In this document: positions 18,459-27,562 of the stretch, piece after piece
Numbering within the stretch: the first letter of the stretch is position 1
How the letters are laid out: the number at the start of each line of letters is the position of its first letter
Source: an uncultured delta proteobacterium
Lineage (GTDB): Bacteria; Myxococcota_A; Polyangia; Fen-1088
Assembly (NCBI GenBank): GCA_963755125.1
Contig: CAVWIP010000011.1
Coordinates: 128,001 to 192,000 of the forward strand
Length of the DNA stretch: 64,000 nt
Direction: 5' to 3'
Program-made: the position numbers and the translations under genes
Notes under the pieces: generated by a model
The model's input: only the letters and a program-made list of their open reading frames with translations
Databases searched by the model: none
Told to the model about the DNA's origin: nothing

Positions 18459-18872
18459 CTAGCTTTCGACGGTCAGATCCAGGGAGATCTCCAGCTTGAG
18501 CACCTTCGAGATCGGACAGCCAGCCTTGGCGGCGGCTGCCGCCTCCTCGACCTTGGCCTTGTCCGCGCCGCGCGCCTTGACTGTCGTGCGAAGCGCGCTC
18601 TTGGTCAGGGTCGCGTTTTCGAAGGTGACTGCGCAGGTGGTCTCGATGGCCTGGGGGGTGATGCCCCGCTCACCGAGTTGCGCGCTCAAGGCCATGCTGA
18701 AACAGCTCGCATGGGCCGCTGCGATCAGCTCTTCCGGGTTGGTGCCCGGCTCGTCCTCGAAGCGCGTGCGGAACCCGAACTTCATGTCTTTGATCATTCC
18801 GCTGCCGACGCCGAATCTGCCCTGGCCATCTTTCAGGCTTCCGTTCCAGGTTGCGCTCGCGTTGCGTTTCAT
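18459..18872 (-). CDS. osmC: OsmC-family peroxiredoxin
   Basis: MKRNASATWNGSLKDGQG, RFEDEPGTNPEELIAAAHASCFSMAL, AKAGCPISK. GGAGG RBS. Confidence 0.95.
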   Translation of the reverse strand: MKRNASATWNGSLKDGQGRFGVGSGMIKDMKFGFRTRFEDEPGTNPEELIAAAHASCFSMALSAQLGERGITPQAIETTCAVTFENATLTKSALRTTVKARGADKAKVEEAAAAAKAGCPISKVLKLEISLDLTVES

Positions 18873-19054
18873 TGAATCTCCTCCGTCACCGAGGCCCGCC
18901 CTGATGACCGCGGAATTGCGGCATCGCACTGCGGGCAGCGGCGTCTTGGATTTGATGCCAGTCCTAGCACTATTGCGCCGCGGTCGTTGCATTTGTGCGA
19001 GCCCAACCCCAGACTGTCGTGGTCGGATCGACTTCGCCGCGAAGGAGCAACTTG

Positions 19055-20779
19055 ATGAAGCGAACTGCATGTGCGGCCACTGTGCTTGCGTCGCTGGTTC
19101 TGGGTTGCTCGTCCAGTGGCAAGGGTTCGGGCACTCGTTCGATCGACGCGGGCGGAACCGGTTCTGGAAACGGCGGCGCGAGCGCTTCCTCGCAGGTCGC
19201 GAGCGGATCGGGAGGAACCCAGCAAGCGGGGAGCACGGCGAGCGGGGGCACCGCGAGCACCGGAGGCGGAAGCGCGCAAGGTGGCGCCTCGGGGCTGGCT
19301 GGCACCACTGGATCGGGCGCCGGCGCGGCCGGGCCGGGCGGTAACAGCAGCGGTCTCGGCGGCGTGAGAGGAGCAGGCGGCACGACCGGGGCTGGCGGCA
19401 GCAGCAACAGTTCAGGCGGCACGGGTGGAGCGGGCGGCACGACAGGAGTCGGCGGCACGACTGGCTCCGGCGGTGCGACTGGCTCTGCAGGCATGAGTAA
19501 TTCTGGAGGCACGACTGGTTCCGGCGGATCGGGCGGGATCTTCCGGTCCAGCGGAACTTCCGGCTCCGGAGGCGTCGGGGGCAGGGGCATGACGGCCAGC
19601 GCCGGCGGATCCAGCAGCACCGGTGGATCTGGCAACTCCGGCGGAACGAGCGGCACCGGCGGGGTCGCGGCTACCGGAGGCTCCAGCGCCGTGGGCGGCT
19701 CTGGTGGCCACGGTGGATCCAGCGCGGCTGGAGGCACCAGCGGAACCAGTAGCTGCGGTGCTGCCGCGGGGTCAGGTCCTGTCGGGGTCTTCAACGGCGC
19801 GCTGGCCACCGGCATCACTTTCAAGGATACCGATGGCAACGTGGTCAATACCCACGGCGGCGGCATCATCCAGGTGTGCGACACCTTCTATATGCACGGC
19901 CTGTATTTTCCCCCGGGCCCCACGCCCAACGACTTCAATGGCGTGTCGATGTATTCATCCAAAGACCTGGCGACATGGAAGAACGAGGGCATCGTCCTGC
20001 CCGTGCAGCCGGCCGGCAGCAAGCTCGGGCCCAACCGGAATTGCGATAGGCCGCACATCATCCAGTGTCCCAAGACAGGGGAATTCGTTCTCTACGCCCG
20101 TTCGTCCGACGATGTCACCTTCGAGGAAGACAAGGAAGTCGTCTACGCGACCTCGCCCACGGTCAACGCTGTATACACCTTCCAGGGGTCTCTGCTGAAC
20201 GCGAGCGGACAGACGGCCTCGCACAGTGACATGAGCGCATACGCCGACGACACAGGTGCCTATTTCGTCACCGAGAGCGGCTGGGTCTATCCGCTGGCCG
20301 ACGATTGCCACAGCTGGGTGTCGGGAAAAGAGTACTCAGCCGTCAACGGGCTCTCTGGCGGCGGGGAAGCGCCCACCATTTTCAGGGTTGGCGGCACCTA
20401 CTATTGGATTGCGTCGTACAAGACCGGCTGGCGCTGCAACAACAATTTCTACTCCACGGCGCCGGCCATGACTGGGCCGTGGACCTACCAGGGATTCATT
20501 GCACCAGTGACGGACACCAGCAACGACGTCTCCCCTCAGCAGACCTGGCTGTCGCAGACCACCTGGGTCCAGCCCGTGGTGGGAAGCAAGGGGACAGTCT
20601 ATCTGTACTGGGGCGATCACTGGGACAACTGCGGAGCCACCAGCGGCGCCGGCTCGGACAATTCCCTGGCGACGTTCGTGTTCCAGCCGCTGATCTTCGA
20701 CGCAACCACAACCATGTTGCTGCCGACCTACCTCGCCACCTGGAGCCTCGACGTGGGCGCCGGTACCTGGTCGCAGTAG
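19055..20779 (+). CDS. GH43 (subfamily 24-like) lipoprotein with a very long Gly/Ser/Thr tether
   Basis: Lipobox VLGC, over 200 aa of low-complexity linker, then DTDGN...HGGGI, YSSKDL.TW..EG, EAP.IF..GG.YY..S..TGW, SQ.T.V.PV, Y.GD.W. Confidence 0.85.
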   Translation: MKRTACAATVLASLVLGCSSSGKGSGTRSIDAGGTGSGNGGASASSQVASGSGGTQQAGSTASGGTASTGGGSAQGGASGLAGTTGSGAGAAGPGGNSSGLGGVRGAGGTTGAGGSSNSSGGTGGAGGTTGVGGTTGSGGATGSAGMSNSGGTTGSGGSGGIFRSSGTSGSGGVGGRGMTASAGGSSSTGGSGNSGGTSGTGGVAATGGSSAVGGSGGHGGSSAAGGTSGTSSCGAAAGSGPVGVFNGALATGITFKDTDGNVVNTHGGGIIQVCDTFYMHGLYFPPGPTPNDFNGVSMYSSKDLATWKNEGIVLPVQPAGSKLGPNRNCDRPHIIQCPKTGEFVLYARSSDDVTFEEDKEVVYATSPTVNAVYTFQGSLLNASGQTASHSDMSAYADDTGAYFVTESGWVYPLADDCHSWVSGKEYSAVNGLSGGGEAPTIFRVGGTYYWIASYKTGWRCNNNFYSTAPAMTGPWTYQGFIAPVTDTSNDVSPQQTWLSQTTWVQPVVGSKGTVYLYWGDHWDNCGATSGAGSDNSLATFVFQPLIFDATTTMLLPTYLATWSLDVGAGTWSQ

Positions 20780-20858
20780 CGGGCGAGCATCGTCCCGGGT
20801 TCCCACAAATGGGGTAGAAGGGAGTTTTTAGGGACGGAAGAGGCTTGCGCGGTCAGAC

Positions 20859-23800
20859 ATGGAACATCCCAATCAGCCTGGAATCCAAGACCCGCGATCG
20901 GGGCACACGCCCTTGCCTATCGGTGTGCCTGCGGCCTCGAAGAACCTCGATCCAGTTGCCGATTTTCTCCAATCCGTCGAGATCGAAGAGCTGGTTTCCG
21001 CCGACGATTCCCGCCATCTCGAAGCCGAATGCGTTCGCGAGGAGCGGTGGGAGGATCTGGCGGCGCTCCTGCTCGAGCGTTCGTCACAGGTTCTGGATGC
21101 GGCCGAGAGCAGCCGCTGCCTGATGCGGGCGGCGCAGGTCTACGAGACCAATTTGGGCGATACCGACAGCGCCTTCGTGGTCATGCTGGTCGCCTTTCAA
21201 GAAAGCCCGGCGACGCTCGACCTGGCCACCGATCTGGCGCGTATGGCCACGGTTCACAATCGTTGGCCGGACCTGCTGGCGGAGTGCGAGAAGCGGTTGC
21301 CCGAGATCGCTTCTGCGGCCAAGCGCGCTGACATGCTGGTGGCCATGGCGGGTTGGTACCAGAAGGATCTGGGGGATGCGGCGGCGGCCGAGAAGGCCCT
21401 GGAGGCTGCCATGGCGGCCAATCCCTCCAACCCGCAGGCATTCCGCGCCCTGGTCGAGCTGCATGGTCAGCGGGGCAACTGGCTGCGCGCCGCCGCCTAT
21501 CTGACCTGCGCTTCCGGCAGCGCTGCCGACCCGGCGGACGCAATCGAGTTGGCCCTGGAGGCTGCCGAGGTTTTTCGCGAGCGTCTGCACGACATGGACG
21601 CCGCCATCGAGCAATACACGCGGATTCTCGAACGATCGCCCGGTCATCCTCGGGCCACGGCCGCCTTGGCGGAACTGGCCTGGGTTCGCAAGGACTGGCC
21701 CATCGCCCTGCCCCTGTTCGAGAACATGGCCGGCTCGGCCAAACACGCGTTGAACGAGTCCGCTCAGCTTTGGCACAAGGTCGCGTGGTCGGCGCAGATG
21801 CTGGGCGACATGGAGCGAGCGCGAGCGGGTTATCGTCGCTCGCATGCGGCGCTTTCCACCTATCTGCCGACCCTGCAATCGTGGTCGCAACTCGCCCGCA
21901 GCCAGGGGTGGTGGCAGGACGTGTGCCAGACCATTCCGCGTCTGCTGGCCCAGAGCAGTGATCGCCTGAGCGCTGCTGAACGTGCGGATCATCTGGTCGC
22001 TCTCGGCAAGGCGCATCTTGAACTCCGCGATGCGGAATCCGCCGCCGAAGTCTTCATGAAGGCGCTGGAACTGGCGCCTGATCTCGCGGTGGCCCGGCAG
22101 GCCCTAGCTGAGGCCAACGCCCGGATCGAAGGTCGCGGTTCCGAGAACGCGGCGGCGCTCATCGAGCAGATTCGCCGGCTGCTTGCAGGAAACCTGTCGT
22201 CCGACGAGCGGTTCGAGTATCTCTGTCGCATCGGTCGTCTGCAGCGCGAGGAACTGCACGACAATCGCGCCGCCCTGGAAACCTTCCTGCACGCCTCCAC
22301 CTTGCGGCCCGACGATCCGGATGTCCTGCACGAGTTGGTCGAGCTGCACACCCACGATGGCCACTGGTCACGCGTGGTCGGGGCGCTCGAGCGCCTGGTG
22401 CGGGTGTCCTCGGGAAAGGACAAGGCGCGCACCCTGGTGGCGACGGCCAACATTCTCAACTATGAGCTGGAGTCGCCGCTCGAAGCCGTCGATCTGTACA
22501 ACCAGGCGCTGGACGAGGATCCGGATGACCGGCGCAGTTTCGAGCGCATCCAGCGCATCCTGTCCGCACGGCAGGATTGGCGCGCGCTGGCTCGGGCCTA
22601 TCGCCGCATGATCCGGCGACTGGGGGCCAATCCATCGCCCGACAAGCGCCCATGGCTGCTGGGCCTGTGGCGAGGCCTAGCCGACCTGTGCTGGCGCACC
22701 CTGCGCGACATCCCAGCCGCGGCTGCTGCGTACGAGGTGTGCGTATCGCTGGCTCCCGAAGACGGGCAACACCGCGAGGCTTTGGCCAAGAGCTACGAGG
22801 CGCAGGGCCCGGCCATGTTCAGGCAGGCGGTGAAGACGCGCGAACATCTGCTGCGCATGTCGAGCAATGCCGATCAGGCGGCCAAGCACATCCGCGCCTT
22901 GGCCAACCTGTACCGCGGGCAGCGCAGGCACGATCGCGTGTTTTGCGCATGCGGCGGCCTCAGCGTCCTGATGAAGGCCGACGTCCGCGAGCGCGGCTAC
23001 TACGAAAAGAACGCATTGCCCAGCGTCCCGGTGGCGAGCAGCATGTTGACCGAAGCGCAGTGGCAAAGCTGCATTTCGTGCGAGCGCGAGGATCGGCGCA
23101 TCTCGCAGGTGCTGGCTGCGGTCAGCGCGGGTGTGCTCATGACGCGGGTCCAGGATGCGGCGTCGTACGGCCTGGAGCCCAGGCACCGTCGCGATCCAAC
23201 CGATCAGCGATCCCTGCTCGGACGCATCCTGGTCTATATCAGTCGCTTCACCGGCGTGCCCTTGCCCACCATCTACGCGCCTCCCGGCGCGCCCGGCGAG
23301 ATCGATCTGGTGGTTCTGCAGGGCGGACACCGGCCCGCGCTTGCCTTCGTGCTGGGGCGCGACCTGGCTGTTGGCCGGACAGACCGCGAGCTGGCTTTCT
23401 TCCTCGCCAAGCGGCTGGTGGGCTTGCGCGCCGATCGCTGTCTGCTCTGGCCGCGCCTGGTGTCCACCAAGGGCGAACTGCGCGCCATCCTGGGCGCCGC
23501 CATCCGACTGGTGAGACCGCGCTACGAATTGCCCGAAGCCGATCCCAAGGCGATCCGTCAGTATCTCGCGTACCTGCAACGCGTGTTGCCGACCACGCAG
23601 ATGGCCCCCATTGCATCAGCGGTCGAGTCGTTGCTGGCCGGCGCCGGCCGCATCGATCTGGATGGTTGGCTCGCGGCAGGCGAGGAAACCGCCAATCGCG
23701 CGGGGCTTCTCGCCTGCGGTGACGTGATGGCGGCGGCGCGGGAGATCGTCAAGGAGGCGCGCCTGCGCAGGTCTCGTCCGGAAGATGCCATTTTGGCCAT

Positions 23801-23915
23801 GGTCCGCTGGGGCGTCTCCTCGGACTATCTTGACCTGCGCACCCAGCTTGGCCTGGCGCTGGTCTCGGAAGAAGACAAGACGCCACTGGTCACGCGCACC
23901 TACCCGGCTACCTGA
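20859..23915 (+). CDS. Large myxobacterial tetratricopeptide-repeat protein (AgmK-like) with a degenerate M48-like C-terminal domain
   Basis: 1018 aa of TPR-like helices. C-terminal ANRAGLLACGD and W.VS.DYL.LR.LG. Confidence 0.8.
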   Translation: MEHPNQPGIQDPRSGHTPLPIGVPAASKNLDPVADFLQSVEIEELVSADDSRHLEAECVREERWEDLAALLLERSSQVLDAAESSRCLMRAAQVYETNLGDTDSAFVVMLVAFQESPATLDLATDLARMATVHNRWPDLLAECEKRLPEIASAAKRADMLVAMAGWYQKDLGDAAAAEKALEAAMAANPSNPQAFRALVELHGQRGNWLRAAAYLTCASGSAADPADAIELALEAAEVFRERLHDMDAAIEQYTRILERSPGHPRATAALAELAWVRKDWPIALPLFENMAGSAKHALNESAQLWHKVAWSAQMLGDMERARAGYRRSHAALSTYLPTLQSWSQLARSQGWWQDVCQTIPRLLAQSSDRLSAAERADHLVALGKAHLELRDAESAAEVFMKALELAPDLAVARQALAEANARIEGRGSENAAALIEQIRRLLAGNLSSDERFEYLCRIGRLQREELHDNRAALETFLHASTLRPDDPDVLHELVELHTHDGHWSRVVGALERLVRVSSGKDKARTLVATANILNYELESPLEAVDLYNQALDEDPDDRRSFERIQRILSARQDWRALARAYRRMIRRLGANPSPDKRPWLLGLWRGLADLCWRTLRDIPAAAAAYEVCVSLAPEDGQHREALAKSYEAQGPAMFRQAVKTREHLLRMSSNADQAAKHIRALANLYRGQRRHDRVFCACGGLSVLMKADVRERGYYEKNALPSVPVASSMLTEAQWQSCISCEREDRRISQVLAAVSAGVLMTRVQDAASYGLEPRHRRDPTDQRSLLGRILVYISRFTGVPLPTIYAPPGAPGEIDLVVLQGGHRPALAFVLGRDLAVGRTDRELAFFLAKRLVGLRADRCLLWPRLVSTKGELRAILGAAIRLVRPRYELPEADPKAIRQYLAYLQRVLPTTQMAPIASAVESLLAGAGRIDLDGWLAAGEETANRAGLLACGDVMAAAREIVKEARLRRSRPEDAILAMVRWGVSSDYLDLRTQLGLALVSEEDKTPLVTRTYPAT

Positions 23916-23930
23916 CCCCCCACACCCTTG

Positions 23931-23956
23931 GCCGGGACTATTCAAGCGGTCCCGGC
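23931..23956 (+). other. 8-bp hairpin between the TPR gene and the MotA-like gene
   Basis: GCCGGGAC-N10-GTCCCGGC with no U-tract. Immediately followed by a TATCAT -10-like hexamer. Confidence 0.4.
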
Positions 23957-23968
23957 TATCATGCGCAC

Positions 23969-24811
23969 ATGACCAGCACGATGCTCGCGGGGCTGTCCCT
24001 CATCGATTCCACGGGTCTTGCCATCCTGGCGACGACGGTCACCACGCTGGTGCTCGGCATTGTCGCCAACCTGTGGCTGCGCGCTCGCTACGCCGCCCTG
24101 GAGAAGGATCTTCGTCGTTCTCGCGATCCGGAGGCTACGTTTTCGCACGCCGTGCTGAACCGCATAGTCCTCGATGCACGCGAGGCGGCCCAGCGCTCGC
24201 GCGAGGTCAACACCCAGGCGATGATCGAGGATCGCTTCCAGTCGGATCTCAGGACGATGCTGTTTGCCGAGCGCTTCGTCCGCTCGGCGACCGGATTGGT
24301 CATCATCCTGGGGCTGCTGGGCACCTTCTACGGGCTGACGTTGTCGATCGGAAGAATCGTTCATCTGGTGGCGGCAGAGGGTGGTGCCACGGACGCCGCG
24401 CTCGGGGTGAGCCAGGGGTTGACCCACGCTCTGTCGGGGATGGCGGTGGCGTTCTCCAATTCCCTGGTCGGCGTCCTGTCTGCCGTCATCCTCACCATAC
24501 TGGGCGTCCTGTCCAACGTCTCGGACCGGCGGACTGCGGTGATGATACAGATCGAAACCACCCTCGACCGGGTTTGTGGCGGCGCGATCGAGCCAGCCAT
24601 GGCGGGCTTGGGCGGCGCGGTGGCGCGTCTCGATGGCGCGGTGGCGCGCTTCGAGTCGGCCTTGCAGGCTTTTGCGACCACGACCCGGGACTTCCACGAG
24701 TTCAACGCGCACCTCAAGGACAACGTGCAGCGGCTCAGTCTGACCTTCGCCGACCTAAGCGATTCGCTGAAAAACCACATCGGCGTGCTTCCGCCCGGTC
24801 GCAAGGGCTAA
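23969..24811 (+). CDS. MotA/TolQ/ExbB-family ion-channel subunit, ZorA-like, with a short helical tail
   Basis: Three TM segments, LGLLGTFYGL and LSGMAVAFSNSLVG motifs, and an amphipathic C-terminal tail of about 90 aa. Confidence 0.8.
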   Translation: MTSTMLAGLSLIDSTGLAILATTVTTLVLGIVANLWLRARYAALEKDLRRSRDPEATFSHAVLNRIVLDAREAAQRSREVNTQAMIEDRFQSDLRTMLFAERFVRSATGLVIILGLLGTFYGLTLSIGRIVHLVAAEGGATDAALGVSQGLTHALSGMAVAFSNSLVGVLSAVILTILGVLSNVSDRRTAVMIQIETTLDRVCGGAIEPAMAGLGGAVARLDGAVARFESALQAFATTTRDFHEFNAHLKDNVQRLSLTFADLSDSLKNHIGVLPPGRKG

Positions 24812-24824
24812 GGGGGGAAGACCC

Positions 24825-25700
24825 GTGAGATACCGGCGACAGCTCCTGTCGGACAACGATGGCACGCGCGAGATCTGGCCCGCGTTCACCGACGTCATGT
24901 CGACCATGGCGCTCATCATGTTCGTGCTGGTCTTGCTCGCCTACGTCAAGAATCTGATCAGCGAGAAGCGCCTCGAAGATTTTCAGCGAAGAATCGCAGC
25001 CTCGGAACGACAGCTCCGAACCGTGCAAGCGGAGGTGCAAGCGGGCAGGGCCGAGCTCGATCTCTCGCAAGCCCGGCTGCGCGCCCAGCAGGCCGTGGTG
25101 GCCGACAGCAATCGGCAGCTCGGTACCTTGCGCGCGCAGTTGCAAAGCATCGCGGTGCTTCGTATTTCCGTGCTCGACAAGTTGAAGACCGCGATTGAGA
25201 CGCAGCTCGGTCGCTCCAGTCCGAGCAGCGGACAGATCGCGACCATCGGCAACAACGGTGACATCGCAGTCAACGAGGGCTTGGTGTTCGAGTACAACTC
25301 CTACGCCATCAAGAAGCAGGCCAAGCCCTTCCTGGATTCGCTGGCCAAGGCGCTGGGTAACCTGCTGGCAGACCCCGAGGTGCGCGAAACCATCGACACG
25401 GTCGTCATCCAGGGTCACACCGACGAGCGAGGCTCGGCTTCCTTTAACTGGGAGCTGTCGGCGAAGCGCGCGACTGCTGTGCTTGACTATTTGTTCCAGA
25501 GCAACAAGACGCTGGCCGACACCTACGGCAGCTATTTTGCCGCCAGCGCCTATTCCAAGTTCCGTCCCATCAACCCGTCGAAAGCCGAAGCAGCCTACCA
25601 ACAAAACCGCCGCATCGAGATCTCGATCGTTCCCAGGGACGCCAACGTGCGCAAGGTCATCGACGACTACATGAAGAGCACCGGCGCTCCGCTGCCGTAA
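24825..25700 (+). CDS. MotB/OmpA-family subunit, ZorB-like (TM Asp, coiled coil, peptidoglycan-binding domain)
   Basis: WPAFTDVMS TM with conserved Asp, coiled coil, IQGHTD.RG...NWELS.KRA..V, NRRIEI. Confidence 0.85.
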   Translation: MRYRRQLLSDNDGTREIWPAFTDVMSTMALIMFVLVLLAYVKNLISEKRLEDFQRRIAASERQLRTVQAEVQAGRAELDLSQARLRAQQAVVADSNRQLGTLRAQLQSIAVLRISVLDKLKTAIETQLGRSSPSSGQIATIGNNGDIAVNEGLVFEYNSYAIKKQAKPFLDSLAKALGNLLADPEVRETIDTVVIQGHTDERGSASFNWELSAKRATAVLDYLFQSNKTLADTYGSYFAASAYSKFRPINPSKAEAAYQQNRRIEISIVPRDANVRKVIDDYMKSTGAPLP

Positions 25701-25815
25701 GTTGTTCTCGGACCCAGCGCCCGGACGCTGAGAGGCGACTTGCCGGCCAGTGGCCCTTGTCCGGGTCCACGTTGGGCCAGCCGTTCTCATCCCAGTCCTC
25801 CGGCCGCAGGATGGA
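25698..25815 (-). pseudogene. Short gene remnant, possibly the C-terminus of a GH5 cellulase
   Basis: Translates as SILRPEDWDENGWPNVDPDKGHWPASRLSASGRWVREQL, with strong GC3 bias in the first part. Preceded in frame by TGA, with no start. Confidence 0.3.
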
Positions 25816-26293
25816 TCAGGGAAAAGTTACCGACGACAATCGTACCTCGCCCGCGAACGTTCCCGTCGCGTGTACGTAGCTGACGACCACGGTCCTGCCG
25901 CCATCGCACATCGGCGGCTCACAACATTGTGTCGCGTGCCCGTGAAGGACTGCGCGCTTCGAGGCCATGTCGAGGGGCATTGTACGCCGGGTGGCTGATC
26001 GGATCGTACGGCGATCCGGACGCGAGCGCGGAGCTATAGCTGTACCAATAGTTAGGCAGCCGCTCGCGCCTCCCTTCGCGTCCCATTGAAATCTTGCGGT
26101 ATTGACGACTGAGGCCGATCGCGCGGAAGACGAAAACTGGGAACCCACAGACGGCACGAGCATCTAAATGGCGAGGGACAGATAGTTCCCCTGGGGGGTG
26201 AGTCTTTGAGGGTTGGCGGAGGGGCTACCTTCTGGCGGGGATGGTGCATGAACGGTTGGAGAAATCTGCTGCGGCCGTTCGAGGAGGAGTTAC

Positions 26294-27532
26294 GTGCAGT
26301 ACGTAATGATTTTGTTGGGCTTGGCGCTTTTACTGGCAACCGTATGGGACCATTTTCGGCTGCGACGCGCGTTGCTCGAACAGCATGCTGCGGTCCAGGG
26401 CTCTGGGATCGCGGCCGCCATCGCGGGAAGACTTGACGCCCGGCCGTTGCCATCGATCACGGTGGTGCGTCCCGTGAAGGGGCTCGACGTGGACGCTGAG
26501 CAGAACCTGGCCGCCGCGCTCGACAACGACTACCCCGGCGAGGTTGAAACCATCTTCGTGCTCGACGACGAACTCGATCCCGCCTTTGCGACGGTTCGCA
26601 AGGCCGTTGCCGCCCATGTCGCGGCCGGCCGATTCGGCAAGGCGAGGATCATGCTCGCCGGAGAACCGCCCGCGACCATGACCGGAAAACTGCACGCGAT
26701 GATCGCCGGTCTGGGCCAAGCCACGGGCTATCTGGTCGCCTTCGCAGACTCGGATACTCGGCCGCATCGCTATTCGCTGCGTTTGGCCGTCGAGAAGCTG
26801 CTCACCACCGCGCGGGCCGGATCGGTATTCGTGCCGGTGGTGGCTAGCGAGGCGCCGCAAACTGCCGGCGACGTGGGCGTGGCGATGATGCTGAACGGAC
26901 TCTATGGCCCCGCGGTGGCCAGCACCGTACGGAGCAGTGGTGACATGCCCTTCATCATGGGACAGCTCATGGTGTTCCGGCGTGAGACGCTCAAGAGCCT
27001 GAGCGATCTGCAGAGCGTGCGCGGCGAGTTGGTCGACGACATGCGCATCGGGATGGATGTGGTGGCGGCCGGGTATCGCAACGTCGTCTCGGCGGACACC
27101 CTTCCCATCGTGGTCCGTGGCCTCGGGCTCGCGGAATTCGTTCGCATGTTCCGCCGATGGCTCATCTTCTCTCGCTCTGGCTTGCCGACCTGGTCGTTCA
27201 AGTTGCCGGTGTGGCTGCGCGGCCTGGAGTTCTGGCTGGGATTTCTCATGGCGACGCTCGCTTTGCTCGACGGGCTGTACCTGGCCGCGCTTCCCGCCGC
27301 GGCGGTCGTGGTTGCGGTGAGCGCCAGCGTTGTGCGCCTGCACCGCGCCCTGGGCGGCGCGGCCATTGGCTGGCAGCACGCTTGGGTTCCCGCCGCGATC
27401 TTGTTGCTGGGGCCGCTGGTTCTGCTAAGCGCGATTCTCAAGCCGGAAGTGACGTGGCGAGGACGCACCTACCGTCTCGATGCGCGTTCCAAGCTGCACC
27501 GTCCGGAACCCGCGCACGCCCACCGGTCCTGA
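26294..27532 (+). CDS. GT2 ceramide-glucosyltransferase/HpnI-like glycosyltransferase
   Basis: N-terminal TM, RPVKG.D...NL, GK, DSD, G..M.FRR, DD, RRW, C-terminal TMs, V.WRGR.Y. GAGGAGG RBS before GTG. Confidence 0.85.
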   Translation: MQYVMILLGLALLLATVWDHFRLRRALLEQHAAVQGSGIAAAIAGRLDARPLPSITVVRPVKGLDVDAEQNLAAALDNDYPGEVETIFVLDDELDPAFATVRKAVAAHVAAGRFGKARIMLAGEPPATMTGKLHAMIAGLGQATGYLVAFADSDTRPHRYSLRLAVEKLLTTARAGSVFVPVVASEAPQTAGDVGVAMMLNGLYGPAVASTVRSSGDMPFIMGQLMVFRRETLKSLSDLQSVRGELVDDMRIGMDVVAAGYRNVVSADTLPIVVRGLGLAEFVRMFRRWLIFSRSGLPTWSFKLPVWLRGLEFWLGFLMATLALLDGLYLAALPAAAVVVAVSASVVRLHRALGGAAIGWQHAWVPAAILLLGPLVLLSAILKPEVTWRGRTYRLDARSKLHRPEPAHAHRS

Positions 27533-27562
27533 CACCTCGCCGTCGAGCGATCGCCCTTTTGC

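Noticed and set aside
19140..19790. Repetitive GGC/ACG-rich DNA suggesting a repeat array (also 33680-33790, 34910-35270, 59270-59500)
   Set aside because: These encode Gly/Ser/Thr or Pro/Ala linkers. There is no fixed repeat-spacer period, so not CRISPR, and no cas genes are present.
23969..25700. Calling the pair flagellar motAB, gliding aglRQS, or a complete Zorya system
   Set aside because: There are no flagellar genes, the partner has an OmpA-like domain rather than ExbD/TolR, and no zorC/D/E is present, so no gene symbols were assigned.
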